DNA of 63,942 nucleotides, the filler included, from an uncultured Methanosarcinales archaeon (GTDB taxonomy: Archaea > Nanobdellota > Nanobdellia > Woesearchaeales > JABMPP01), in the NCBI GenBank assembly GCA_964604995.1. It is 3 parts of 3 records of this genome, joined end to end, with 100 filler letters (N's around TTAATTAATTAA, not from the genome) between each part and the next. Parts side by side here need not be neighbours in the genome. Positions count along the whole stretch, not along the records: positions 28,899 to 57,320 come from CAZSAD010000024.1; 2 more parts are not named here. One strand, written 5' to 3'. The translations under genes were made by a program, and so were the position numbers. Under the pieces are notes generated by a model. It ran no database searches. It had not been told where the DNA came from and saw nothing but the letters and a program-made list of their open reading frames with translations. The first letter of the stretch is position 1. Every line of letters begins with the position of its first letter. Of the stretch, positions 28,901 to 37,795 are shown piece after piece.

Positions 28901-29152
28901 AAAGCTAAGTCATACAAACGAAAATTAGTGAACAAAAACCAAAATAGAAAATATTCCATACAAATTGTTGGAAAAGAAGCAATGAAAAAGTGGGTTGATA
29001 AAATCAAACCAAAAAATGAAATGAAACTATCAAGATATAGAATATGGAAAAGATATGGTTTTTGTCCTCCAAACACAACTTATCAAGAAAGGAGGAAAAT
29101 ATTAATAGGAGAACTTAATCCTACTTCTTTGTATAAAGGGCCTGTGGTGTAA
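28901..29152 (+). CDS. C-terminal fragment of LAGLIDADG-like endonuclease, 5'-truncated by gap, ending inside tRNA
   Basis: Open from contig edge; YSIQIVGK..KKWVDKIKPKN..RYRIWKRYGFCPP; last codons GGG CCT GTG GTG TAA are the tRNA 5' end. Confidence 0.55.
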   Translation, partial: KAKSYKRKLVNKNQNRKYSIQIVGKEAMKKWVDKIKPKNEMKLSRYRIWKRYGFCPPNTTYQERRKILIGELNPTSLYKGPVV

Positions 29153-29259
29153 TCTGGAAGCACACTTGGCTTCGGTATTTACAAGCAATGAAAGATAATC
29201 TCTTGAGCATATGTATTTGGGGATACCAGGAAATGGGGGTTCAAATCCTCCCAGGCTCG
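29138..29259 (+). tRNA. tRNA-Arg(TCG) with 49-nt intron at 37/38 (29176-29224)
   Basis: Acceptor GGGCCTG/CAGGCTC, anticodon stem CTTGG/CCAGG, TCG at 29172-29174, CTTC/GGGG central helix with 3-nt bulges, T arm GGGGG-TTCAAAT-CCTCC. Confidence 0.9.
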
Positions 29260-29479
29260 TTTAATTTGTAATTAAAAAATTGCGAAGCATTTTCTTTTGG
29301 TCAAACTTTTCTTTGCCTGACTGTAAGAAAGGCAAAAGAAAAGGTTGTTCTGGATTCAACCAGGCTCGTTTAATTTGTAATTAAAAAATTGCGAAGCATT
29401 TTCTTTTGGTCAAACTTTTCTTTGTCTGACTGTAAGAAAGGCAAAAGAAAAGGTTGTTCTGGATTCAACCATGCTCGTT
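29251..29479 (+). repeat. 109-bp tandem repeat (2 units + partial) starting at the tRNA 3' end
   Basis: CCAGGCTCGTT at 29251 and 29360, CCATGCTCGTT at 29469; internal hairpins. Confidence 0.92.
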
Positions 29480-29496
29480 AAATTATATAAAAAAAT

Positions 29497-29997
29497 CTAA
29501 TTATTTTGAAAAGTTAAATTTATTCTTTCAGTTAATGGAACCATCAAATTAGCATCACGATTTACTGGAACTAATTTATTTTCTTGATTCATAAAATAAT
29601 TAGAAGCAAATTCAACAAATGAATCCATAACATCTAATTTTGCTAATTCATATTGTTCATTAGTTAAACCCTCAAATTTCGGAGAGCAATAATTTTCTTC
29701 CTGTTTAAAACCATTGTGAATAAGAACATTGCAAGTTTCTTTTTGAATATAACAGGTAAATGTTATCTTTATCATAAAATCAATACCTACCTCCAAATCG
29801 TAAGAGTGATGTTTTTTTAATTCTTCCACGGTTTGTTTCGCTAGAGCTTCTCGTGCTGTTTTGTAAATCTCTTGTTCAATTCTATAATTAATCCCCTCAA
29901 CAAACTGTTCAGGAGAAACATTCAATTTACTGCCTTGAGCAATATATATTTGTTCAAGTATCTTTATATCCGATTCAGATAAAGCAGATTCTTTCAT
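29497..29997 (-). CDS. hypothetical protein
   Basis: 166-aa ORF. Confidence 0.7.
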   Translation of the reverse strand: MKESALSESDIKILEQIYIAQGSKLNVSPEQFVEGINYRIEQEIYKTAREALAKQTVEELKKHHSYDLEVGIDFMIKITFTCYIQKETCNVLIHNGFKQEENYCSPKFEGLTNEQYELAKLDVMDSFVEFASNYFMNQENKLVPVNRDANLMVPLTERINLTFQNN

Positions 29998-30130
29998 TTA
30001 TTGTAATAATTTTGCAGATAATATAAACCTATCTATTATTATACACTTTATAGTAGTATAAATTATTGAAGAATGAATTAACAAAATTTAATCTAAATAT
30101 AAAAATATAAAGAAAAAATAAAAGAAAGAA

Positions 30131-30361
30131 TTATCTTTTACTTTTCATTCTTCTCTCATTAACCTCTTTGGTAGGCTTATTTTTATTAAATCTTAAAAAT
30201 TGATTAAGCCTGGATTCAGATTCCCTCATATCCTTAACTTGGTCTTCGTTAAGTTCAGGTGATGCAAATGTTTGTATCGAGGGTTTCTCCTTTCTAAACT
30301 TTAGATATTTCTCTTTCTTTGCACTAAGTTTTTTTACGCCTTTATTTTTCTTTTTTCCCAT
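30131..30361 (-). CDS. small basic protein
   Basis: 76 aa, TATA upstream. Confidence 0.6.
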   Translation of the reverse strand: MGKKKNKGVKKLSAKKEKYLKFRKEKPSIQTFASPELNEDQVKDMRESESRLNQFLRFNKNKPTKEVNERRMKSKR

Positions 30362-30436
30362 AGTATCACTTTCTGCGAAGAAATTGAAGTCATTTATAAA
30401 TTCTTTTATATTTGATAAAATTCAAAGACTTTAAGT

Positions 30437-30826
30437 TTAATTCATATGATGTAAAAATATTCCAAAAAGCAAGAATACTCCTCCTGCAAAATATAATAAA
30501 CTTACCCCAAATGATGCAATACCTGGCAAAGGAATGATTACAATATTAAGTAAAGCAAGTACTTGCACTATGAAATACAAAGTCAATATGCCTGCAGTAA
30601 TTAGGCTTAAAGTTTTTACTAAATGTTTTTCTCCAAAACCATCAATTGCAAGCCAAAGTGTACAAAGACAAAGCAAAAGCAAGTTTACAATTCCGGGCAG
30701 GAATCCTAAAAAGAATGGAAAATTTATACCAAAAAATGAAAATAAAGTGGGAAGAGAAGTTAGAAAAAAGTATAAAGTGCAAATAATATTAATAATTATA
30801 AAAATCATAAAATATAAATACATCAA
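30437..30826 (-). CDS. membrane protein
   Basis: Four hydrophobic helices. Confidence 0.65.
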   Translation of the reverse strand: MMYLYFMIFIIINIICTLYFFLTSLPTLFSFFGINFPFFLGFLPGIVNLLLLCLCTLWLAIDGFGEKHLVKTLSLITAGILTLYFIVQVLALLNIVIIPLPGIASFGVSLLYFAGGVFLLFGIFLHHMN

Positions 30827-30900
30827 TTAGTATTTAAATTTTGAGTATAGAAAATATAAAAACAATGTAAATAAAAAAAATTAATAATTTTAAAATAGGG

Positions 30901-31212
30901 GTGGTTTTAATGGTGTGTTATATTGTACCAACAATAGCTGCATTAATTCATGGTTTTCTTAGAAATAAGATTCCTTCTTGGAAAAATGAAACAAAACATG
31001 GTTATTTAACATTACTTCTAACAGGTGGAGCAATATTTGGGTTAGTTGATCATTGGTGGAATGGTGAACTATTTTTAATTGGTAATAATTGGACTACTGA
31101 CATTGCACTAGGTTTTACAATAACAGCTGCAATAATCATAGCATGGGGAGCAGTAATTACATTTGATTTAATTCCAACAAAAGAAAAAGATAGAGTAAGA
31201 AATAACAATTGA
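30901..31212 (+). CDS. membrane protein
   Basis: GGAIFGLVDHWWNGELF; three TMs. Confidence 0.7.
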   Translation: MVLMVCYIVPTIAALIHGFLRNKIPSWKNETKHGYLTLLLTGGAIFGLVDHWWNGELFLIGNNWTTDIALGFTITAAIIIAWGAVITFDLIPTKEKDRVRNNN

Positions 31213-31295
31213 ATTTATTTACTAAGTTATCTAATTAATTTTATTTTTTCATCTTAAACATCAAGTTTAAATAGGATTTTCTATTAATTAAAGTT

Positions 31296-31493
31296 ATGTC
31301 ATATGGGTCTAAAAAATCAGGATATGGTTCTAGTTCACAAAATAGTTCTAACTATAATTCAGAAGATAATTCAAACTATTTAAAATCTTCATCATCAATT
31401 CCAATGTTTAAAGGTGGGAATTTAAATTCAGGTTCATGCAAAGGAACATGTTATACAGATATTGGTTGCACATGTGGCAGACAAAAAAGATAA
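31296..31493 (+). CDS. small Ser-rich protein with C-terminal Cys cluster
   Basis: CKGTC...CTC. Confidence 0.5.
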   Translation: MSYGSKKSGYGSSSQNSSNYNSEDNSNYLKSSSSIPMFKGGNLNSGSCKGTCYTDIGCTCGRQKR

Positions 31494-31638
31494 AAGTTAT
31501 TCTAAAGTTTATACATCCTAAGGTAGATTGCATATAGATTGCAACTAAACTACCCTAAATTATTGATTTAATTACCAAAAGATTTATATGTATGGAGTTA
31601 TATTTTAATAGTATTCATTACTCTAGAGGGGTGCAAAT

Positions 31639-32523
31639 ATGAATGCAAAAAAAATTTTAGTATTAATTGCAGTTTTAGGTGTTCTAATTATGTCAGCATT
31701 ATCTATTAATGCAACACCAACTTTGTCAACTGGTTCAACAACCAATCCGACAGCAAACTGCAATGTTGAAAAAACCAATGAAAAGGTTTTTCAAGCGACA
31801 ATGACAGATTATAATTTAGGAGCAGTATGTGGTACTGACGCAAAAATAGTTCTTTCTGAATGTAAAAATGATGCGTGTTTAGATAAGACCCAATTATTTA
31901 TTGCGTATAAAGTGAATAATGTAATGCCATTTTTCAAAGGGTTTACTCAAAACACCAAATACAACTATGTTTGTTATGAATGTCCAAACACTCCAAAAAG
32001 CAATTGTCCAATAGTTGTTAAAGAAGGAGAAACTGTTAAAATTAATTGGAAAGGATCCGATCCTGACAAGGATGTAGGTCCACAAGGTAAATTAACATAT
32101 GAATTTAGCGGAAAAGTTGGACAAGACGGCGTTTGGCAAACTAAAAAAGGAGATGCTGGAATTTATACAATAAAAGGTAAAGTTTTTGATGGAGAATTCT
32201 GGGATGAAACCTCATTTTGTGTTGAAGTTTTACCTGTGATTTTACCACCACAACTCTTAGCACCTGACAATGTAACTGTTTACGAAACTGAAACAGTTAA
32301 GCTAAATGTAAGATGTGTTGATCCTGAACCTATGAATCAAGCAACTGTAACATATAGTGGTTGGATGGATTCAAATACCAAAGTAACAACATACGGCGAT
32401 GCTGGAACATACCAAGTTACTGTTAAATGCAAAAACAATAAAAATTTGCAAGTCAGTAGCGATGTTCAAGTAGTTGTGTTACATAAAAACAGACCACCAA
32501 CAATAGCTTGGACACAAGCTTAG
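31639..32523 (+). CDS. secreted Ig-like repeat protein
   Basis: Signal peptide; DPD...WQTKKGDAGIY repeats. Confidence 0.75.
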   Translation: MNAKKILVLIAVLGVLIMSALSINATPTLSTGSTTNPTANCNVEKTNEKVFQATMTDYNLGAVCGTDAKIVLSECKNDACLDKTQLFIAYKVNNVMPFFKGFTQNTKYNYVCYECPNTPKSNCPIVVKEGETVKINWKGSDPDKDVGPQGKLTYEFSGKVGQDGVWQTKKGDAGIYTIKGKVFDGEFWDETSFCVEVLPVILPPQLLAPDNVTVYETETVKLNVRCVDPEPMNQATVTYSGWMDSNTKVTTYGDAGTYQVTVKCKNNKNLQVSSDVQVVVLHKNRPPTIAWTQA

Positions 32524-32665
32524 GTTTATTAATTTTTTATTTTTTTATCTTTATTTTTAATTGATTTTTTTAACTAATTTTAAACAAATTTTCTAAAATA
32601 AATTGTGACTACGCCATAGTCAGAAAATAACAAAACTTTATAAGTAAAAAGCCCTTGTAATTATT

Positions 32666-33700
32666 ATGCAAACAAAAAACAGTCTTATTTTTTCAAAATA
32701 TTATTTAGTACATCTTATTTTACTATTGCTCTTAGTTTTAGCATTAGCAAAAAGCTCATTTGCATTAACTTCACATAATGCTTACCCATCGACTGCTCAA
32801 GGTAAAGGAATTGCAAATTGTGCAATAACAGTTTGGGAAAGTGAAATTGTAAAACCACAATTACTTGCATCTGATCCAGATTATAAAAAAGGATATGGAC
32901 CTGCTGGAAAAATAGTTTGGACATACAAAGAACCATTAAGTTCAAATGGAATTTGGCAAACAAAAATTGGGGATGCAGGAATTTATCAAACATCTGTTAA
33001 AGTTAGCGATGGAGAATATGAAGATAACATTAATTTTTGCATAGAGATTTTAAAACCAAATCAACCACCAATACCGCAAATTGCATATTATGAAATATAT
33101 CAAGGAGAATCAGTTCAAATTTCCCCAACTGTAATTGATTCGGATTCTACAAAAGTACAAATAATTTTTCAAAGTCCAATAAGCTTAGCAGGAATGTTTA
33201 TAGGTGAAAAAGCAGGATATTATCAAATACCCTACACAGTTAATGATGGCCAATACGAAAGATCTAGTATAATAAAAATAACTGTTTGGTCAAGAACAAA
33301 TTCAATAAATTCTAATCAACAGAAAAATCCAATATCAGTGCCTTTGCCAGATTATAAACCTAATAATAACAATAATAATCCTTTAATTATTTCATCAGAA
33401 TGTAAAACATTAATAGGTAAACCAAAACCTGCTATTCCAATTGTTGAAAATAAAAGCATACAAAAAAATATAGGATTATTAAATTGTGATTGCCAAACAA
33501 ATGGTGCAACAATAATTTGTGATAAAAATAAAGTAGTTAACATCAATAATAAATTATTAACTGTAACAATGCCAAATCCGATTTTAAATAACAATATTGT
33601 ATCTGAAAATTATCCAAAAAAAATAGTTTACTTAAATAATGTTGCAAATAATCAAAAATTAGGAATTAAACCTGGTTGTAGTTGTACATTCTGTGATTAA
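32666..33700 (+). CDS. secreted Ig-like repeat protein, paralog of 31639-32523
   Basis: SDPD..GPAGK..WQTKIGDAGIY..SDGE. Confidence 0.75.
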   Translation: MQTKNSLIFSKYYLVHLILLLLLVLALAKSSFALTSHNAYPSTAQGKGIANCAITVWESEIVKPQLLASDPDYKKGYGPAGKIVWTYKEPLSSNGIWQTKIGDAGIYQTSVKVSDGEYEDNINFCIEILKPNQPPIPQIAYYEIYQGESVQISPTVIDSDSTKVQIIFQSPISLAGMFIGEKAGYYQIPYTVNDGQYERSSIIKITVWSRTNSINSNQQKNPISVPLPDYKPNNNNNNPLIISSECKTLIGKPKPAIPIVENKSIQKNIGLLNCDCQTNGATIICDKNKVVNINNKLLTVTMPNPILNNNIVSENYPKKIVYLNNVANNQKLGIKPGCSCTFCD

Positions 33701-33865
33701 TAATTTAAAATTAATATAAAAATATAATATAAAATGGGAAAATTAAACAAAAGCTATTTAAACCTGCCATTTTGTTCTCTCGTAAATAACACATAATAAG
33801 GAATTATGGGAAAAAATTTAAAAAAACTTATTATGATTATTATCAAAATATGGAGGGATGGATTT

Positions 33866-34570
33866 ATGGCAAAAATGAATGTATCGACAATATTGGTCGT
33901 AGTTGTTCTGTTATTGACAGTTGTTAACCTTGCAGTTACATTTAATTTGTATAGCAAGATAAAAGATTTAAGCACATTAGCACCATCAGATAATGGAAAT
34001 GGTAATCTTGTTGCCCCAGATAACGGTGCAGGAGCGCCAACTTTACAAATTGGCACAGATAACAATCCAATACTTGGTTCAAAAGATGCTAAAGTTACAA
34101 TAGTTGAATTTAGCGATTTTCAATGCCCATACTGCGGAAGATTTTACAGTGAAAGTTTACCTCAAATCGAAGAAAATTATGTAAAAACTGGCAAAGTCAA
34201 AATAGTATTTAGACATTTCCCATTAAGCTTTCATCCATATGCACAAAAAGCGTCAGAAGCAACTGAATGTGCAAATGAACAAGGAAAATTCTGGGAATAC
34301 CACAACAAACTTTTTGAAAATCAAGGAGCTTTGACAATAACTGATTTAAAACAGTATGCAACTGATTTAGGATTAGATGCAACAAAGTTTAATGCATGTT
34401 TAGATTCTGGAAAAATGGCATCTGAAGTCCAAAAAGATTTCAACGCTGGCCAACAATATGGTGTTTCAGGAACACCTGCATTCTTTGTTAATGGTGTAAG
34501 CATAGTTGGTGCACAACCATATGCAGCATTCCAACAACTAATTGAACAACAGCTTGCAGCAGTTCAATAA
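33866..34570 (+). CDS. DsbA-family thioredoxin-fold oxidoreductase
   Basis: EFSDFQCPYC, FRHFPL, GVSGTPAFFVNG; N-terminal TM. Confidence 0.92.
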   Translation: MAKMNVSTILVVVVLLLTVVNLAVTFNLYSKIKDLSTLAPSDNGNGNLVAPDNGAGAPTLQIGTDNNPILGSKDAKVTIVEFSDFQCPYCGRFYSESLPQIEENYVKTGKVKIVFRHFPLSFHPYAQKASEATECANEQGKFWEYHNKLFENQGALTITDLKQYATDLGLDATKFNACLDSGKMASEVQKDFNAGQQYGVSGTPAFFVNGVSIVGAQPYAAFQQLIEQQLAAVQ

Positions 34571-34660
34571 GAACAAAAATAAAAAGCTAAAAAATATTTT
34601 TTTATTTTTTAATTAATTTTTTCTGATTATTTCTTAAAATTTCAAAAGATTGAGAGATTA

Positions 34661-37594
34661 TCATTCTGCAACTATTAATTTAGTAGACACTGGAATTTTT
34701 GTAAGTATTGTTTTTGAAGGAGCTATTACTTCTAAAGGAGGAGATATTTTTGAAGGAGTTATTATTTCTGGTGAAATCACTAATTTGGTAGGAGCTATTA
34801 CTTCTGTAACTTTTGTTTTTGGAACACATGCTCCTTTGTCATTACAATAACCAGTTGGTATATACCCCCCTGCAAGAGAACCAGTTGTACATGAACTTCC
34901 CACAGGCAATATTTTTTGATAGATTGTGCATCCGGAATAGTATGTCCTATCATTTGTATTTAATGCTGCACTTTTTGTGGTGCAGAAATCTTTAGTGAAA
35001 CCATTTTTTGTACAGATGCCGTATTCTTTATATGAAAGATTACCGTTGCTACACAATGGAGTAGTTGGGGGATTAACTGTATTGCATTCCATAGCACATT
35101 TTCCTTGTACGCATAATCCTGTAGTACAATCTGTTCCTGCAATACAATCAGTTTTGTGTATTGTTGTTCCAGGTATTGTTGCATATATTTGTCCGAATTG
35201 ATATGTACTGTATGCAGTAGATGATATTCTTCGTTTATAACTCATTAAAACACTGAGTAATGCAGGAGATTCGTCCTTACGAGTAACCCAAACTTTAAAT
35301 CGCATTGTCTCGTTTTCAAGTATCGGATAACCATATGCAGTAATATCATTTGTTCCATTATAAACAACATTTAATCCTTCAAGAATAAGAATTCGAGATA
35401 TCCCATCCTTCATTTCAACATCAGTAACGCGGATAACTGGTGTAAGCATCGGAGAATTTGCATGAATAACAATTTCTCCAAAAAATATTTGTGGTGGTTT
35501 AAGCAAAAATTCTTTATACACCGTACCACTAATAGGAATCTCTTCATTACCTGTAACAAGCATCACTGTTGGAACTACAGGTTTTGAATCATTAACAAAT
35601 AATGTTATTGACATCTTTTCTGTTTTAGAAAAATCGTGTAATCGACTCAAAAATTGAACACTAATATTTTGTTCTTGAGGTAAAAAAGCTGTTGGCGATT
35701 GATCAAACTCATTTTTTCCTAATGGAATAGTTCGTCCAGCCATTCCAATAAGTGGATAACTTTTTGATTCCAAAACCTTTTCTGAAAATTTTAATTCAGA
35801 ATAACCTGGTGTACTAATCTTCATATACTTAGTCATCGTATTAGTAATCACTAATTCGAATGGCATAGAAATATTTATTTTAAGATTACCAATAGATTGA
35901 TTACGCATTGTAATAGGAATAATAATCTTAGTAGTCTTATTAGAACTATTATACTCTTGACCCGAAAGAGAACTAAACACTACTGCAAGAGATTCATTTG
36001 TTGGCCGAGGATATTTTGAAGTAATATTAAACATCACTTTTTTCTGAAAAAAATCACTAAAAACATAAGGATAAGGCGCAGCAGTAATATTAGTAGTGAT
36101 GCTTGCACTATTCTTTTGCGCAAAAATTCCCTTAGTAACTTTTATCTCTACAACATAAGTCTTAGAAGCCCTAATAATATCATATACATCTGTTGTAATG
36201 TTTGTTACAGGAGAAATGCGAATACTTACTTCAGGATTAGAAGTAGATCGCATTTTTATTTCAAGAGGGATTGTTGTGTTTAATACAATTGTTCCAACCC
36301 GAACATAACTATCTATTACTTCTTCAGTAATAGGAATATTGAACACTTCAATATGTTCAGTTAATACAGGTGTAGTATTTTCAGATGATACAAAATTAAT
36401 AGTTACAGGAACAACTGTAGGAACAGTAACATTAAAAACAATGTGAGTATCATTTTGCATAAGAATAGGACCAATAGTAATTTTATTTCTCAAATCAAAA
36501 AAAACATTACGATCATTCAAAGTAACATTATACCAATCAGTATCGTTCCATGGAAGTGATGGTGCATATTCTGTCGGAGACATATCAAGTAATGCAAAGG
36601 AATCATCTAAAAAATTTTGACTCGTCGATACAAACAATCCCGTATTCCCACTAAACATTGGTTTTGCAAGCGTTTGATCAAACCCTACAGGCTTTCGATA
36701 TTCAATTGCATAAATGGCATTTGACCCTCCAGGAACCATTATCTTTGCGCCACGTACACCTTCGAAATTTTCAAGATACGTAAGCGTATATGTTCCTGAA
36801 GTATTAATTATAACAGTATCAATATTTGGTTTAAGCCATCCTAATTTTTCTTTTTGCCATGCAGAAAAATGGAGTGCAAATCTTCCATTACCCATTGTAT
36901 CATATTTATTACCATATTCTTGCATTGTACATTCATCTGCGATAACGGCATTATTACATTCCATTCTATTTGAATGACCTAATCCTATGGTGTGTCCTAC
37001 TTCATGCGCTGTTGCTTGTTCAAGCCAAGTATAGGGAAAGTCGTGATATTCCCATTGCACCTTATAATTTTCAATATCATATAATACTGCGGTTCCAAAA
37101 GTATAATTTTTTCCATTAACAGTATAATTTATTTTTCCAATACTTTCCGCATAAATCATTTTACAAATATTATTATTATTAAGAATAAGGATATCGTCGT
37201 AATTTGTAAGATTTATTTTTGCAAGAATGGGTTGAATATATGCTCTGAATCCTGTGCAATCATCCGCATTATTAATATTAATTGTTTCCCAATCATATAC
37301 ATCTCCCGTAATTATTATTTTTCCATATGATTGTTCTTGGTAAAATGCATTTAATTGACTAGAAAATATTCTTCCGCTTATTTCTTCTTTAGTAAAGGGA
37401 AGTTCTGGAGAATCATTATATGTAAGAAGAATTACCGCTATACGTAAGTTTTCTGGTTTTGTAATAAGTTTTTGAACTAAAGGATCCATATTTATCATAT
37501 TTAATGATGCTAATGCTGTTGTTGAGAATACTAACAAAATAACATTATATATAATCAAACATATAATGGTGTATTTTAGCTTGTTTTGTTTCAT
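34661..37594 (-). CDS. secreted metzincin metalloprotease (M11/M6-like)
   Basis: HEVGHTIGLGHS, EYGNKYDTMG Met-turn; Cys-rich C-terminus; start at MKQNK. Confidence 0.8.
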   Translation of the reverse strand: MKQNKLKYTIICLIIYNVILLVFSTTALASLNMINMDPLVQKLITKPENLRIAVILLTYNDSPELPFTKEEISGRIFSSQLNAFYQEQSYGKIIITGDVYDWETININNADDCTGFRAYIQPILAKINLTNYDDILILNNNNICKMIYAESIGKINYTVNGKNYTFGTAVLYDIENYKVQWEYHDFPYTWLEQATAHEVGHTIGLGHSNRMECNNAVIADECTMQEYGNKYDTMGNGRFALHFSAWQKEKLGWLKPNIDTVIINTSGTYTLTYLENFEGVRGAKIMVPGGSNAIYAIEYRKPVGFDQTLAKPMFSGNTGLFVSTSQNFLDDSFALLDMSPTEYAPSLPWNDTDWYNVTLNDRNVFFDLRNKITIGPILMQNDTHIVFNVTVPTVVPVTINFVSSENTTPVLTEHIEVFNIPITEEVIDSYVRVGTIVLNTTIPLEIKMRSTSNPEVSIRISPVTNITTDVYDIIRASKTYVVEIKVTKGIFAQKNSASITTNITAAPYPYVFSDFFQKKVMFNITSKYPRPTNESLAVVFSSLSGQEYNSSNKTTKIIIPITMRNQSIGNLKINISMPFELVITNTMTKYMKISTPGYSELKFSEKVLESKSYPLIGMAGRTIPLGKNEFDQSPTAFLPQEQNISVQFLSRLHDFSKTEKMSITLFVNDSKPVVPTVMLVTGNEEIPISGTVYKEFLLKPPQIFFGEIVIHANSPMLTPVIRVTDVEMKDGISRILILEGLNVVYNGTNDITAYGYPILENETMRFKVWVTRKDESPALLSVLMSYKRRISSTAYSTYQFGQIYATIPGTTIHKTDCIAGTDCTTGLCVQGKCAMECNTVNPPTTPLCSNGNLSYKEYGICTKNGFTKDFCTTKSAALNTNDRTYYSGCTIYQKILPVGSSCTTGSLAGGYIPTGYCNDKGACVPKTKVTEVIAPTKLVISPEIITPSKISPPLEVIAPSKTILTKIPVSTKLIVAE

Positions 37595-37795
37595 AATATT
37601 ATAGCAGAAAGGATAAGCATTTAAAAAGATTTGTTTTTGTATAAACTGACTAGTGACAAAAAATATGATAGAATATAAAAAAGATATAAAAATAAAAAGA
37701 TTAATCAATAAAAGAAATTTAAAAAATTAAGAATTTACAATAAAAAAGTTAATCAGTAAAAATTATAATGAAGATAAATAAAAAAAATAGTTTAA

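Noticed and set aside
28843..29076. Minus-strand ORF and TTAATTAATTAA palindrome
   Set aside because: Spans Ns; the palindrome is a synthetic stop linker, repeated at 57365-57376
98..29259. One 29-kb island bounded by two tRNA-Arg genes
   Set aside because: An artificial linker at 28799-28898 separates them; linkage is unproven and the tRNA ends differ
29251..29479. CRISPR array
   Set aside because: Whole units are near-identical with no unique spacers; no cas genes in the window
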